54,798 nt of DNA from Macrostomum lignano. Lineage: Eukaryota. The notes beneath the pieces are model-generated. The model saw only the letters and a program-made list of their open reading frames with translations, was not told the origin of the DNA and ran no database searches. The position numbers were made by a program, and so were the translations under genes. The DNA lies in the NCBI GenBank assembly GCA_002269645.1, contig NIVC01004213.1, positions 1-54,798 on the forward strand. Direction: 5' to 3'. This document shows, piece by piece, positions 11,301 to 21,138 of the stretch (position 1 is its first letter; each line of letters starts with the position of its first letter).

Positions 11301-14300
11301 GATGTGATAGCTTTTTGAGGTAATTTCTGAGATTTCAAGGCTCACGGGAAATTGCTCAGATGTCAAGGCTTACTGAGGGAATTCTTGAGATGTCAAGGCT
11401 TACTGAGGGAATTACTGACATTTTAAGGCTTACTGGGGGAATTGCTGAGATGTCAAGGCTTACTGGCCTGGGAGAATTGCGTAAATGTCAAGGTTCGAGT
11501 TTAATTGCTGCGATGTCGATGCTTACTGAGGGAATTGCTGAGATATCAAGGCTCATGGGGATGGCTGAATTGTTGGGGGAGGGGGTTAGGTTGTTGAGCG
11601 ATTGTAAGATGGTCAAGTACTTGTAGCTCATTTAATTCAGATAATAATGAAATAGTACACACAAGTGATGCTGAATTCTGCTGATAGGAAATACCAGCGT
11701 ATTTATTAAGGTTTGATTCTTTGAGTTAGGCTAATAAAGAGGGGGTTCAACTAGCCTGCGGACCAGAATTGGCCAGGCCAATGACGATATGCACTAAGAG
11801 TTCGTGCTTGAAAGGATAAGCACTATTTACTGATTGAAGGGTGTTGGGCTGATAAAGGAAACTTTTTTGCTGGGGAAAGTTTTGATTCATGGCAATTTAT
11901 TTTTGTTAAAAATAAGAAAAATTAAATTTCTGATTAATGGAAATGGAAAGTAATGGTTACTCTTGGGCCAAAATGGCAAAGCGGGGGGCTGAATGGCTAG
12001 TATGCATCTATATTCGGTAAGCATTGTTTTTGCAAACACTGGGTATCGGAATAGAGTATCGGAATTAGGGTATCGCCGATGCTCAAATTTGGGTATCAGA
12101 CTTTCAGGTATCGGCGATATTTTTTTCAGAAAGGGTATCAGAGTATCGGTTTTCACAGATACTTTTTTTGAGTATCGTGCCCAACACTGGTAAATCATGA
12201 GCATGCGGTGAATTGGGGCTGATCGATTAAGAATTGGCAAACGCATTCGAGTCAGCACCAGCTCATGCACAGGCGGTGAGGTGACCGAACACTTGTCTGA
12301 TTCCGGAGGAGTATTCGTGATTTCCAGTTTAAAATACACAATTCCCCAGGGACTACCGCATGACTGCTTGTCATTTTGCTGACATCGATATGAACAAGTT
12401 TTGTTGAGTTGTGCCTTATCGGTCGCCGGAGGTAGTTCCGATTTACAAAAGCAACGGTCACCGTTAGCGATGGCGAAATATTTGAATCTGCCGTAGAGAT
12501 CACGCTTCACACACTCGGTAGCGCAAATGAGGTGTGACATCTCATTCGATGTGAGGCTTACTATTCCCGTACCATCATATTTGTAGCATTGAATTGGAGA
12601 ATCTAAAACAGTTGAAATCAAAAGCATGGCAGGTAAAAACAAGTGCACAAGCAAGTGTTTGTGGTTGATAAAAACATTCAGAAATATTAAACTGCACAAG
12701 ATGAATCAGAATAGACTGAAATAGTAAACTCACTAGGAATAGCTGGATAGACCTTCGCTCCCTGCTTCTTTTTATCTGAAGAGGTGACATTGTGGATGAA
12801 CTCAATAGAGAACACTTTAAATCAGCTCGAACAGATTTTCAAGTCAGGTGGAAATGAAACCAGGGAAAAAAGCTGGATGCTCTTAGCAGTTCTGACTAAG
12901 ACCAAACATCCTCATTGCATAGATAACTGTAGACAGCTGGGGCAGTTTTATACTGCTGGGTGAATATCAGATAGCTGGGCGAATATCTTAGGAGAGCTGG
13001 GTGAATCGATGGCTGAGGGCATTGTAGATGCTTGGGAGAATTGTAGGCAGGTAAATCATGAGCATGCGGTGAATTGGGGCTGATCGATTGAGAATTGGCA
13101 AACGGCTTTTAACAGAAAGAATCAAATTGGTTTGCATTCGAGTCAGCACTAGCTCATGCACAGGCCGTGAGGTGACCGAACACTTGCCTGATTCCGGAGG
13201 AGTATTCGTGATTTCCAGTTTAAAATACACAATTCCCCAGGGACTACCGCATGACTGCTTGTCATTTTGCTGACATCGATATGAACAAGTTTTGTTGAGT
13301 TGTGCCTTATCGGTCGCCGGAGGTAGTTCCGATTTACAAAAGCAGCGGTCACCGTTAGCGATGGCGAAATATTTGAATCTGGCATAGACATTCTTCACAC
13401 ACTCGGTTGCGCAAATGAGATGTGACATCTTTTTAGATGTCAGTTGAAGATTCATTACATTAGAAATTTTGAAATTGTAGCATGCAAATGGCAAGTCTAA
13501 AACAGTTGAAATCAAATGCATTGCAGGTGAGAACAAGTGTACAAGCAAGCGGTTGTGTTACAAAAAAGCAGAAATATTAAACTGCACAAGATGAATCAGA
13601 ATGAACTCAAATAGTTAACTCACCTGGAATAGCTGGATAGACCTTCGCTCCCTGCTCGTATTTATCTGAAAAGACAAAGTTGTGGGTGAACTCAGAAGAG
13701 AACATTTTACATCAGCTCAAATATATTTTAAGGTCAGGTGGAAATGAAATTAGGGAGAAAAGCTGGAAGCTCTTGGCAGTTCTGACAAAGACCAAAACGT
13801 CTCCATAGTAACTGTAGCAGTCGGTATAATTTTATACTGTTGAGTGAACGTCAAATAGCTGGGCGAATATCGTATAAGAGCGGGGTGAATGGAAGATGGC
13901 TGAGGCACACTTGCTGTTTCCGGAGGAGTATTTGATGTGGTCAGATTTGAATACACGATTCCTATTGGGCTACCGCATGATTGCTTGTCATTTTGTTGAC
14001 ATCGATACCAGCAAACATGTTCGCCATCATATTTATAAATCGCTGGAGGTAGTTCCGATCTACAGTAGCACCGGCTACCGTTAGTGATGGCGAAATATTT
14101 GTACATGTCGTTGACAGTACGCCTCACACACTCGGTAGCGCAAATAAGGTGTGACATCTTATTAGATTTTAGTACTGGATGATCATTCCGGTAATCGTTC
14201 TTATTAAAGAAGTAGCATGCAACTGAAGAATCTAAAACAGTTAAAATTAAACACACAGCAGGTGAGAACAAGTGCACAAGCCAGCGTTTTTGGTTTATAG

Positions 14301-17300
14301 TAACTCACCCACTTAAACTCAAACTCACCCGAAATAGCTGGATAGACCTTCGCTCCCTGCTTCTTTTTATCTAAAATGCAAAATCGTTATTCAATTGTTA
14401 TAGAAAGCAGGGCAATTAAAAGACAAGTGGGGAATTGCAGACAGCAGGGGAATTGTAGATAGCTGGGGAATTGTAGACAGCTGAGGAATCGTAGACAGCA
14501 GCGCAATTAAAGACAGCCGGGGAATTGTAGACAGCTGGGGAATTGTAGACAGCTGAGGAATCGTAGACAGCAGCGCAATTAAAGACAGCAGGGCAATTAA
14601 AGACAGCCTTGGAATTGTAGACAGCTGGGGAAATTTAGACAGCAAGGCATTGTAGACGCAGGAGATGATACGTATCTCGCTAAAACTACCGGATCACTTA
14701 TGACACAAAGGCAAGATAAGTGATTTCATAATGACAGATCACAGACCAGGGTGAAGTTGCTCTACTGAAGTAAGAAATTTGTAATTCAACTCAAAATCTG
14801 ACTGGTGTCTCACCTGGATCTTCCGAAGTGCTTTTGCCTTTCGAAGTCTCCTGGCTAGTCGGAGCTGCATTAGTCCCAGCTGAAAAGTGGCAGTTATATC
14901 TTGACTGCAGCTTAGTTAGCACAAGTTAAAGTGCAAAGTCTTTTGGAGTGAATGTTTGTACACAATTTGGGAAACGGTAGAAAGTTGGAGGGATTGTAGA
15001 GAGTTGGGGAATTGTAAACAGCTGTTGAATTTTAAACAGGTGGGGAATTGTAGACAGGTGGGGAATTGTAGACAGGTGGGGAATTGTACACAGCTGGGGA
15101 ATTGTAGACAGCAGGGCAATTAAAGACAGCTGGGGAATTGTAGACAGTTGCGGAATTGTAGACAGCTGGGGGAATTGTAGACAGCTGGGGAGTTGTAGAA
15201 AGCAGGGTAAGTAAAGACAGCTGGGGAATTGTAGACAGCTGAGGAATGGTAGACAGCAGCGCAAATAAAGACAGCCGGGGAATTGTAGACAGTTGGGGAA
15301 TTGTAGACAGCTGGGGAACTGTAGACAGCTGGGCAATTAAAGACAGCTGGGGAATTGTAGACAGTTGGGAAATTGTACACAGCAGGGCAATTAAAGACAG
15401 CTGGGGAATTGTAGACAGTTGGGGAATTGAAGACAGGTGGGGAATTGTACACAGCTGGGGAATTGTAGACAGCAAGGCAATTAAAGACAGTTGGGGAATT
15501 GTAGACAGCTGGGAAATTGTAGAGAGCAGGGCAATTAAAGACAGGTGGAGAATTGTAGACAGTTGGGAAATTGAAGACAGCTGGGGAGTTGTAGACAGCT
15601 GAGGAATTGTAGACAGCAGCGCAATTAAAGACAGCTGGGGAATTGTAGACAGCTGAGGAATTGTAGACAGCAGCGCAATTAAAGACAGCCGGGGAATTGT
15701 AGACAGTTGGGGAATTGTAGACAGCTGAGGAATCGTAGACAGCAGCGCAATTAAAGACAGCCGGGGAATTGTAGACAGTTGGGGAATTGTAGACAGCTGA
15801 GGAATCGTAGACAGCAGCGCAAATAAAGACAGCCGGGGAATTGTAGACAGTTGGGGAATTGTAGACAGCTGGGGAACTGTAGACAGCTGGGCAATTAAAG
15901 ACAGGTGGGGAATTGTACACAGCTGGGGAATTGTAGACAGCAGGGCAATTAAAGACAGTTGGGGAATTGTAGACAGCTGGGGAATTGTAGACAGCTGGGA
16001 AATTGTAGAGAGCAGGGCAATTAAAGACAGGTGGAGAATTGTAGACAGTTGGGGAATTGAAGACAGCAGGGCAATTAAAGACAGCTGGGGAATTGTAGAC
16101 AGCTGGGAAATTGAAGACAGCAGGGCAATTAAAGACAGGTGGGGAATTGTAGACAGCAGGGCAATAAAAGACAGCCGGGGAATTGTAGACAGTTGGGGAA
16201 TTGAAGACAGCAGGGCAATTAAAGACAGCTGGGGAATTGTAGACAGTTGGGGAATTGAAGACAGCAGGGCAATTAAAGACAGGTGGGGAATTGTAGACAG
16301 CAGGGCAATAAAAGACAGCCGGGGAATTGTAGACAGTTGGGAAATTGAAGACAACAGGGTAATCAAAAACAGCTGGGAAATTTTAGACAGCAGGGTAATT
16401 AAAGACAGGTGGTGAATTGTAGACAGCTGTAAGGATTGTAGACAACTGGGGAAATTGTAGACAGCTGGGAAATTGTAGACAGGTGGGGAATTGTAGACTG
16501 CTGGGCAGTTAAAGACAGCTGAAAAATTGTAGACAGCAGAGCAATTATAGACAGCTGAGGAATTGTAGACAGCAGGGCAATTAATGACAGCTGGGGAATT
16601 GTAGACAGCTGGGGAATTGTAGACAGCTGGGGGAATTGTAGACAGTTGGGGAATCGTAGACAGCAGGGCAATTAAAGACAGGTGGGGAATTATAGACAGC
16701 AGGGCAAATAAAGACAGCCGGGGAATTGTAGACAGTTGGGGAATTGTAGACAGCTGGAGAATTGTAGACAGCTGAGGAAGTGCAAACAACTGGGAAATTG
16801 TAAACAGCTGGGGAATTGTAAACAGCTGGGGAATTTTAAACAGCTGGGGAAGTGAAAACGTTTTTGGGAATGGTAGATATCTGGGGAATTGTAGACAGTT
16901 GGGAAATTTTAGCTAGCTATGGAATTGTAGACAGCTGGGGAATTGTAGACAGTTGGGGAATTGTAGACAGTTGGGGAATTGTAGACAGCTGGGGAATTGT
17001 AGACAGCTGAGGAAGTGCAAACAACTGGGAAATTGTAAACAGCTGGGGAATTGTAAACAGCTGGGGAATTTTAAACAGCTGGGGAAGTGAAAACGTTTTT
17101 GGGAATGGTAGATATCTGGGGAATTGTAGACAGTTGGGAAATTTTAGCTAGCTATGGAATTGTAGACAGCTGGGGAATTGTAGACAGTTGGGGAATTGTA
17201 GACAGTTGGGGAATTGTAGACAGCTGGAGAATTGTAGACAGCTGAGGAAGTGCAAACAACTGGGAAATTGTAAACAGCTGGGGAATTGTAAACAGCTGGG

Positions 17301-20300
17301 GAATTTTAAACAGCTGGGGAAGTGAAAACGTTTTTGGGAATGGTAGATATCTGGGGAATTGTAGACAGTTGGGAAATTTTAGCTAGCTATGGAATTGTAG
17401 ACAGCTGGGGAATTGTAGACAGCTGGGGAATTGTAGACAGTTGGGGAATTGTAGACAGCTGGGGAAGTGAAAACAGTTGGGGAATTTTAGACAGCTAGGG
17501 AAGTGTAAACAGCTGGGGAATTGTAAACTGTTTGGGAATTGTAGACAGCTGGGGGAATTAGCTCGTTTATTTTCTACATGGATACTGGCAAACGGAGTAA
17601 ATTATTTAGTACAAGTATTAGACTTAGTACTGTGCTGCAGCAAAATGCTTATCAAAAGGCAGCGCTATCACCGAATACTTGCATGGCTTTCGTCGAGTGA
17701 ATTCGAAATACGCGTGCCACTTGTAGCCTACGCAAAGTTTGCCTTGACAAGACTGTTTGCAGTCAGTGTCATTTATTTTATGCTGCTCTGCAGGTATTCC
17801 CGATGAACAGTAGCACTTTCTAGCATTCTCAATGGCGATGTATTTATATTTGTCGTAGAGATCGTCATCGATACACGCTTGAGCGCAAGCCTTGTAGGAC
17901 ATAGGTTTACTAGGGTACATATAAGTGACATCTACATGTGATTCATCATAAAAGCATCCTGTCAATCGAAAGTTGTCTAAAACGGTTAAAACAAATCAAT
18001 TTAAATAAGAGCAGGTCAAACAGCCGAATTATCTCAGACGGAAACTCACCTGGAGTGACCGTCGCTCCCTGCTCGTATTTGTCTGAATAATGGAATTATT
18101 TTGGGTTGTATTCAACAGGCAATCAGTTCTTGAGCAATTAATAATAGATGCAGCTCAAGAGGCAGTGACTAAAGAGTCACCACAGAGAAGGTAAGAGACG
18201 GCAAAAGAGTTGAGATAAATAAAATAGAGCTGAAGTGACGGCAAGATTATGGAAATTATATTCATATTTCCATTAGAATCAAAACTGGCACTTGCAAGGA
18301 AGTAGGATGACAAAGTACTTGCCTGGCTTGGGAGAAGAGAGTGTTGTGCGCAGGTTGAAATACGATATTGCACCATTGTAACCACACGATTGCCTGTGAT
18401 TTCCAGGGCATCGACTTGAGCATTTCTCAATTTTAGTAGCCATATCTCGATCAGGTAATTCCGATGCACAATAGCATTTGTTACCGCTGTCAATGCCGAA
18501 GTATTTGAACTTTTCGTAGAAATTACGCCTCACACACTCGGTTGCGCAAACAAGGTGTGACATCCCTCTTCCTTTTGCCAGTACAATTGGTACATGAGCC
18601 GGTATATTGTTTTTTAATTGGCATCGGATCGGGCGAGACTCTGAAACAAGTGACCACAAGTAGATAAGCTGCTATCGATGGTTTCGTAATGACATACGAA
18701 ACAGTGGGAGGAAAAACGTTAAGACCGCCCCAAGACCGACAACCACCCGAAGACCGACGAAAAACACAACTCACGTGACTACAAAAGACTGACTGAGATG
18801 CACGAGGGACAGAGCGAGAGAGACGGTCGCTTAATGGATAATTCACGGGCGATTGAGTCAGATTTGTTAGGGATGTCCAGCGGCTGTTTGGATGTGGGAA
18901 GAATGTAGATCGTCCTCAAACCGCCATTATCTCATACACCGAGACCATATGAGAGACAACCAACGCAGGCAGATACAACCACTTGCAGTGAAACGGATGA
19001 CACGACTGAAAGAACTTAACTGGAAACTCACCTGGAATAACTGGATAGACCTTCGCTCCCTGCTCGAATTTATCTAAAAAGGTAAAGTTTTGGTAGAACT
19101 CAGTTAAGAACAGATTACATTATTTTGAGCTGATTTTGAGCAATGTAGAAAATACTTAATAGTTAAAAATCATATATCATCGAAAATTAAAAGAAATAGC
19201 ACAAGTGAAGTAGGCTTCTTTTGGGCTTATTTGGCCACTGGATTTTACATTCGGAACTGTATTTTTATACATGTGCTAACCTTTGCCATTAGTAACCTTT
19301 GCTCTGTGTTAATCTAATTGGTAAAAATTTGACCGTTTGTTTACCTTTCTTTGTAGAAGACAGTACTGCGCTCAGGTTGAAATACGCTACTGCCATATCC
19401 CCACCGCAGGATTGCCGGTGATTTCCTGGGCAACGATGCGAGCAATGTACTTCAGGGTCAAGTTCTGTTGGCAACATCCGAGATTCAAGTTCCGATTCAC
19501 ACAGGCAGGTGTCACCATAGGCGAGCCCGAAGGATTGGGATTTCTTTGGACTTTTCCCAGCACACTCGAGAGCGCAAATGCGCGGCGACATTTTCTTCAG
19601 CTCAGCTCTAGGACCGATTCCGTAAACTCGATAGCATCCACCTGAATCAGTTGGAAACAGATAGCAAAGTCGTCAGTTGCAGTGTGGATGAGAAGCATTT
19701 ATACTGCTAATACGAATTTGAACTGTTCTGAAATGCTGTTCTGACATGCTGAGAGAACCGTTCTGGCATGCTGAGAGAACCGTTCTGGCATGCTGAGAGA
19801 ACCGTTCTGGCATGCTGAGAGAACCGTTCTGGCATGCTGAGAGAACCGTTCTGACATGCTGAGAGAACCGTTCTGGCATGCTGATTGGTACTGTTCTGAC
19901 ATGCTGAGAGAACCGTTCTGGCATGCTGATTGGTGCTGTTCTGACATGCTGAGAGAACCGTTCTGGCATGCTGGTTGGTACTGTTCTGACATGCTGAGGG
20001 ACTTCTTCTGACATGCTGAATAGAATGGAGTGCTAATCTGAGCCAGTTATTTTTGTCTTTACTTTTAGCATCCTTTTTAGCATACCTTTAGCATCTTTTA
20101 GCATTTTAGCATTTAGTCGTTTTCTCGTCTCGTTTTCGTTTTCGCCCCCTCTGAAAGGTATGTCCCAGCAAAGTACGAGCTCACATCAAAATATGCTTTT
20201 TCGGAGTTTTAGTTTTTGTGTAGCTTAACTTAGCTGACATGCCCTTCGCTGCTAGAATTGCAGGCATTTCTTTTTCATGGTCAGTGAGGCCACTCCAGAG

Positions 20301-21138
20301 CAAATTTTCTCCCAGAGGAAATTGGAGGAAATGGAGGAAACCTAGAGGCTTGGAGGAAATTCTGGAAGGACAAAACTTCCTCCAAATATTTTTACAAGAT
20401 TTAAATTCAGGTGAACTTAAACATAATGTACAGAGGGACACCGATTGAATTTTTATGCAAAGCCTTGCATGCTGTTCCCACTGTATAGTCCTACATAGTC
20501 CACTATTTTACTTTCAGAGGTGGACGAAAAGGAACACAAGACGAAAACGACTTTGTCTATGGCAACCCTGAAGTTTTTGAGGGTTGCCGGAGCTGCAGTA
20601 GTTCCACCTGTTATACCCTGAATGCAGCTGAGCATGAGCACTAGCTAAAGTGCAAATATTTCTGGAGTGAATATGTGCACACATACAGTATTCGGGAATT
20701 GTAGACAGCTGGGGGAATTGTAGACAGCTGGGGAATTGTAGACATGTTAATATGCTGAGGGAACTGTTCTGACATGCTGAGGGTACTTTTTGACATGATG
20801 ACAGATGAGAAAAATGTATTTATTAAAGTGGAATCAATCATGACAGGAAGGCAGGAAGTCATTCGATAGTGACAGTTCACAGACCAGGGTGAAGTTGATT
20901 TTCTGAAGGCGAATCGCTCTGGTCTTTCGGCGAATCCTCCTTGGTTTCCGGAGCTGCATCAGGCTCAGCTGAAAAGTGGCAGGATTATCCTGAATGCAGC
21001 TGAGCATAGGCACAAGCAAGCTAAAGCACAAATCAAAGGAAGGAAATGCTACTCACATTTTTTCTTTGAGGACGGGCAGCTCAAAGCACCGTAGATGGCT
21101 GCGCTAATGCAGAAAAGAAGCAGAACCGTTCGGAACAT
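8040..21138 (-). CDS. Multi-exon, signal-peptide-bearing protein with seven WSC-like domains; 3' end not resolved
   Basis: Signal-peptide exon followed by phase 1-1 exons whose lengths are multiples of 3, except WSC4 (1 nt short). Each large exon has the 8-Cys WSC spacing (C, CxxxC, CxC, CxxxC, C). About 910 codons if all exons are joined. Confidence 0.8.
8477..8518 (-). CDS. 42-nt linker exon (DEKKQGAKVYPAIP)
   Basis: CTTCAG acceptor, GTGAGT donor, phase 1-1; paralogous to five other linker exons. Confidence 0.75.
9641..9712. repeat. (CAT)n/(CACAAT)-type microsatellite
   Basis: Direct reading. Confidence 0.75.
11190..11565. repeat. Degenerate ~30-bp tandem repeat (TTACTGAGGGAATTGCTGAGATGTCAAGGC)
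   Basis: About 12 copies. Partly overlaps a larger duplication, 10915-11050 versus 11150-11290. Confidence 0.8.
12297..12602 (-). CDS. WSC exon 6 (306 nt), chimeric, donor mutated to AC
   Basis: 5' half nearly identical to WSC7 and 3' half nearly identical to WSC5; donor ACAAGT instead of GCAAGT. Confidence 0.75.
12734..12775 (-). CDS. 42-nt linker exon (DKKKQGAKVYPAIP)
   Basis: TTCAG acceptor, GTGAGT donor. Confidence 0.75.
13188..13496 (-). CDS. WSC exon 5 (309 nt)
   Basis: TTTTAG acceptor, 8 Cys, GCAAGT donor. Confidence 0.85.
13624..13665 (-). CDS. 42-nt linker exon (DKYEQGAKVYPAIP)
   Basis: TTTTCAG acceptor, GTGAGT donor. Confidence 0.78.
13914..14231 (-). CDS. WSC exon 4 (318 nt), donor one G short
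   Basis: 8 Cys; ends ACAGCAAGT where paralogues have TCAGGCAAGT. Confidence 0.75.
14329..14370 (-). CDS. 42-nt linker exon (DKKKQGAKVYPAIS)
   Basis: TTTTAG acceptor, GTGAGT donor. Confidence 0.75.
14405..14650. repeat. 18-bp satellite block
   Basis: GGGGAATTGTAGACAGCT and GCAGGGCAATTAAAGACA units. Confidence 0.9.
14747..14764 (-). CDS. 18-nt microexon (VEQLHP)
   Basis: CTTCAG acceptor, GTCTGT donor; matches the last 6 codons of the 84-nt exon at 20885. Confidence 0.55.
14814..14879 (-). CDS. 66-nt Ser/Thr/Pro-rich exon (AGTNAAPTSQETSKGKSTSEDP)
   Basis: CTTTTCAG acceptor, GTGAGA donor, phase 1-1; paralogous to 20885-20968. Confidence 0.65.
14975..17560. repeat. Large 18-bp satellite array with a 235-bp higher-order repeat
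   Basis: Roughly 140 units of two variants; higher-order repeat starts at 16771, 17006 and 17241. Confidence 0.95.
17683..17976 (-). CDS. WSC exon 3 (294 nt)
   Basis: LTGCFY...CAQAC...KCYC...CKQSC...C; GCAAGT donor. Confidence 0.82.
18050..18082 (-). CDS. 33-nt linker exon (DKYEQGATVTP)
   Basis: In-frame 9-nt deletion relative to the 42-nt linkers; TTCAG acceptor, GTGAGT donor. Confidence 0.75.
18323..18640 (-). CDS. WSC exon 2 (318 nt)
   Basis: TTTCAG acceptor, 8 Cys, GCAAGT donor. Confidence 0.85.
19032..19073 (-). CDS. 42-nt linker exon (DKFEQGAKVYPVIP)
   Basis: TTTTTAG acceptor, GTGAGT donor. Confidence 0.78.
19345..19641 (-). CDS. WSC exon 1 (297 nt)
   Basis: GGCY...CALEC...CLC...CSHRC...SCGG; canonical GTAAAC donor. 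Confidence 0.85.
19735..20015. repeat. 22-bp tandem repeat (GCTGAGAGAACCGTTCTGGCAT)n
   Basis: About 12 copies, with a GCTGATTGGTACTGTTCTGACAT variant. Confidence 0.92.
20512..20607 (-). CDS. Possible 96-nt phase 1-1 exon (GGTTAAPATL...)
   Basis: AACAG acceptor, GTAAAA donor, open frame; 5' part homologous to the 66- and 84-nt exons (GCAGCTCCG core). Confidence 0.4.
20690..20795. repeat. Short 18-bp satellite block grading into 22-bp-type units
   Basis: GGGAATTGTAGACAGCT three times, then GCTGAGGGAACTGTTCTGACAT. Confidence 0.75.
20885..20968 (-). CDS. 84-nt acidic linker exon (EPDAAPETKEDSPKDQSDSPSENQLHP)
   Basis: CTTTTCAG acceptor, GTCTGT donor, phase 1-1. Confidence 0.65.
21057..21138 (-). 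CDS. First coding exon with signal peptide (MFRTVLLLFCISAAIYGALSCPSSKKK)
   Basis: ATG at 21138, n/h/c-region pattern, phase-1 GTGAGT donor compatible with all downstream exons. Confidence 0.72.

Larger units (their letters stand above)
8801..12189. mobile_element. Non-autonomous hAT-type DNA transposon in a WSC-gene intron
   Basis: TIR CAGTGTTGGGCAC / GTGCCCAACACTG; 8-bp TSD GTAAATGA / GTAAATCA; subterminal CCGATA(C) repeats. Removing it restores the intron seen at 12776-13187. Confidence 0.9.

Noticed and set aside
15032-16789. 585-aa LSTIPQ/AVYNSP ORF as a mucin-like exon
   Set aside because: The ORF drifts through all three registers of a stop-poor 18-mer, so frame is not conserved; no splice sites assigned.
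14975-17560. CRISPR-like periodicity
   Set aside because: No unique spacers and no cas genes; eukaryotic satellite.
8477-19073. RSRERRS furin-like site in the ORF-track translations of the linker exons
   Set aside because: Wrong frame: phase-1 splicing reads D-K-x-x-Q-G-A-K-V-Y-P.
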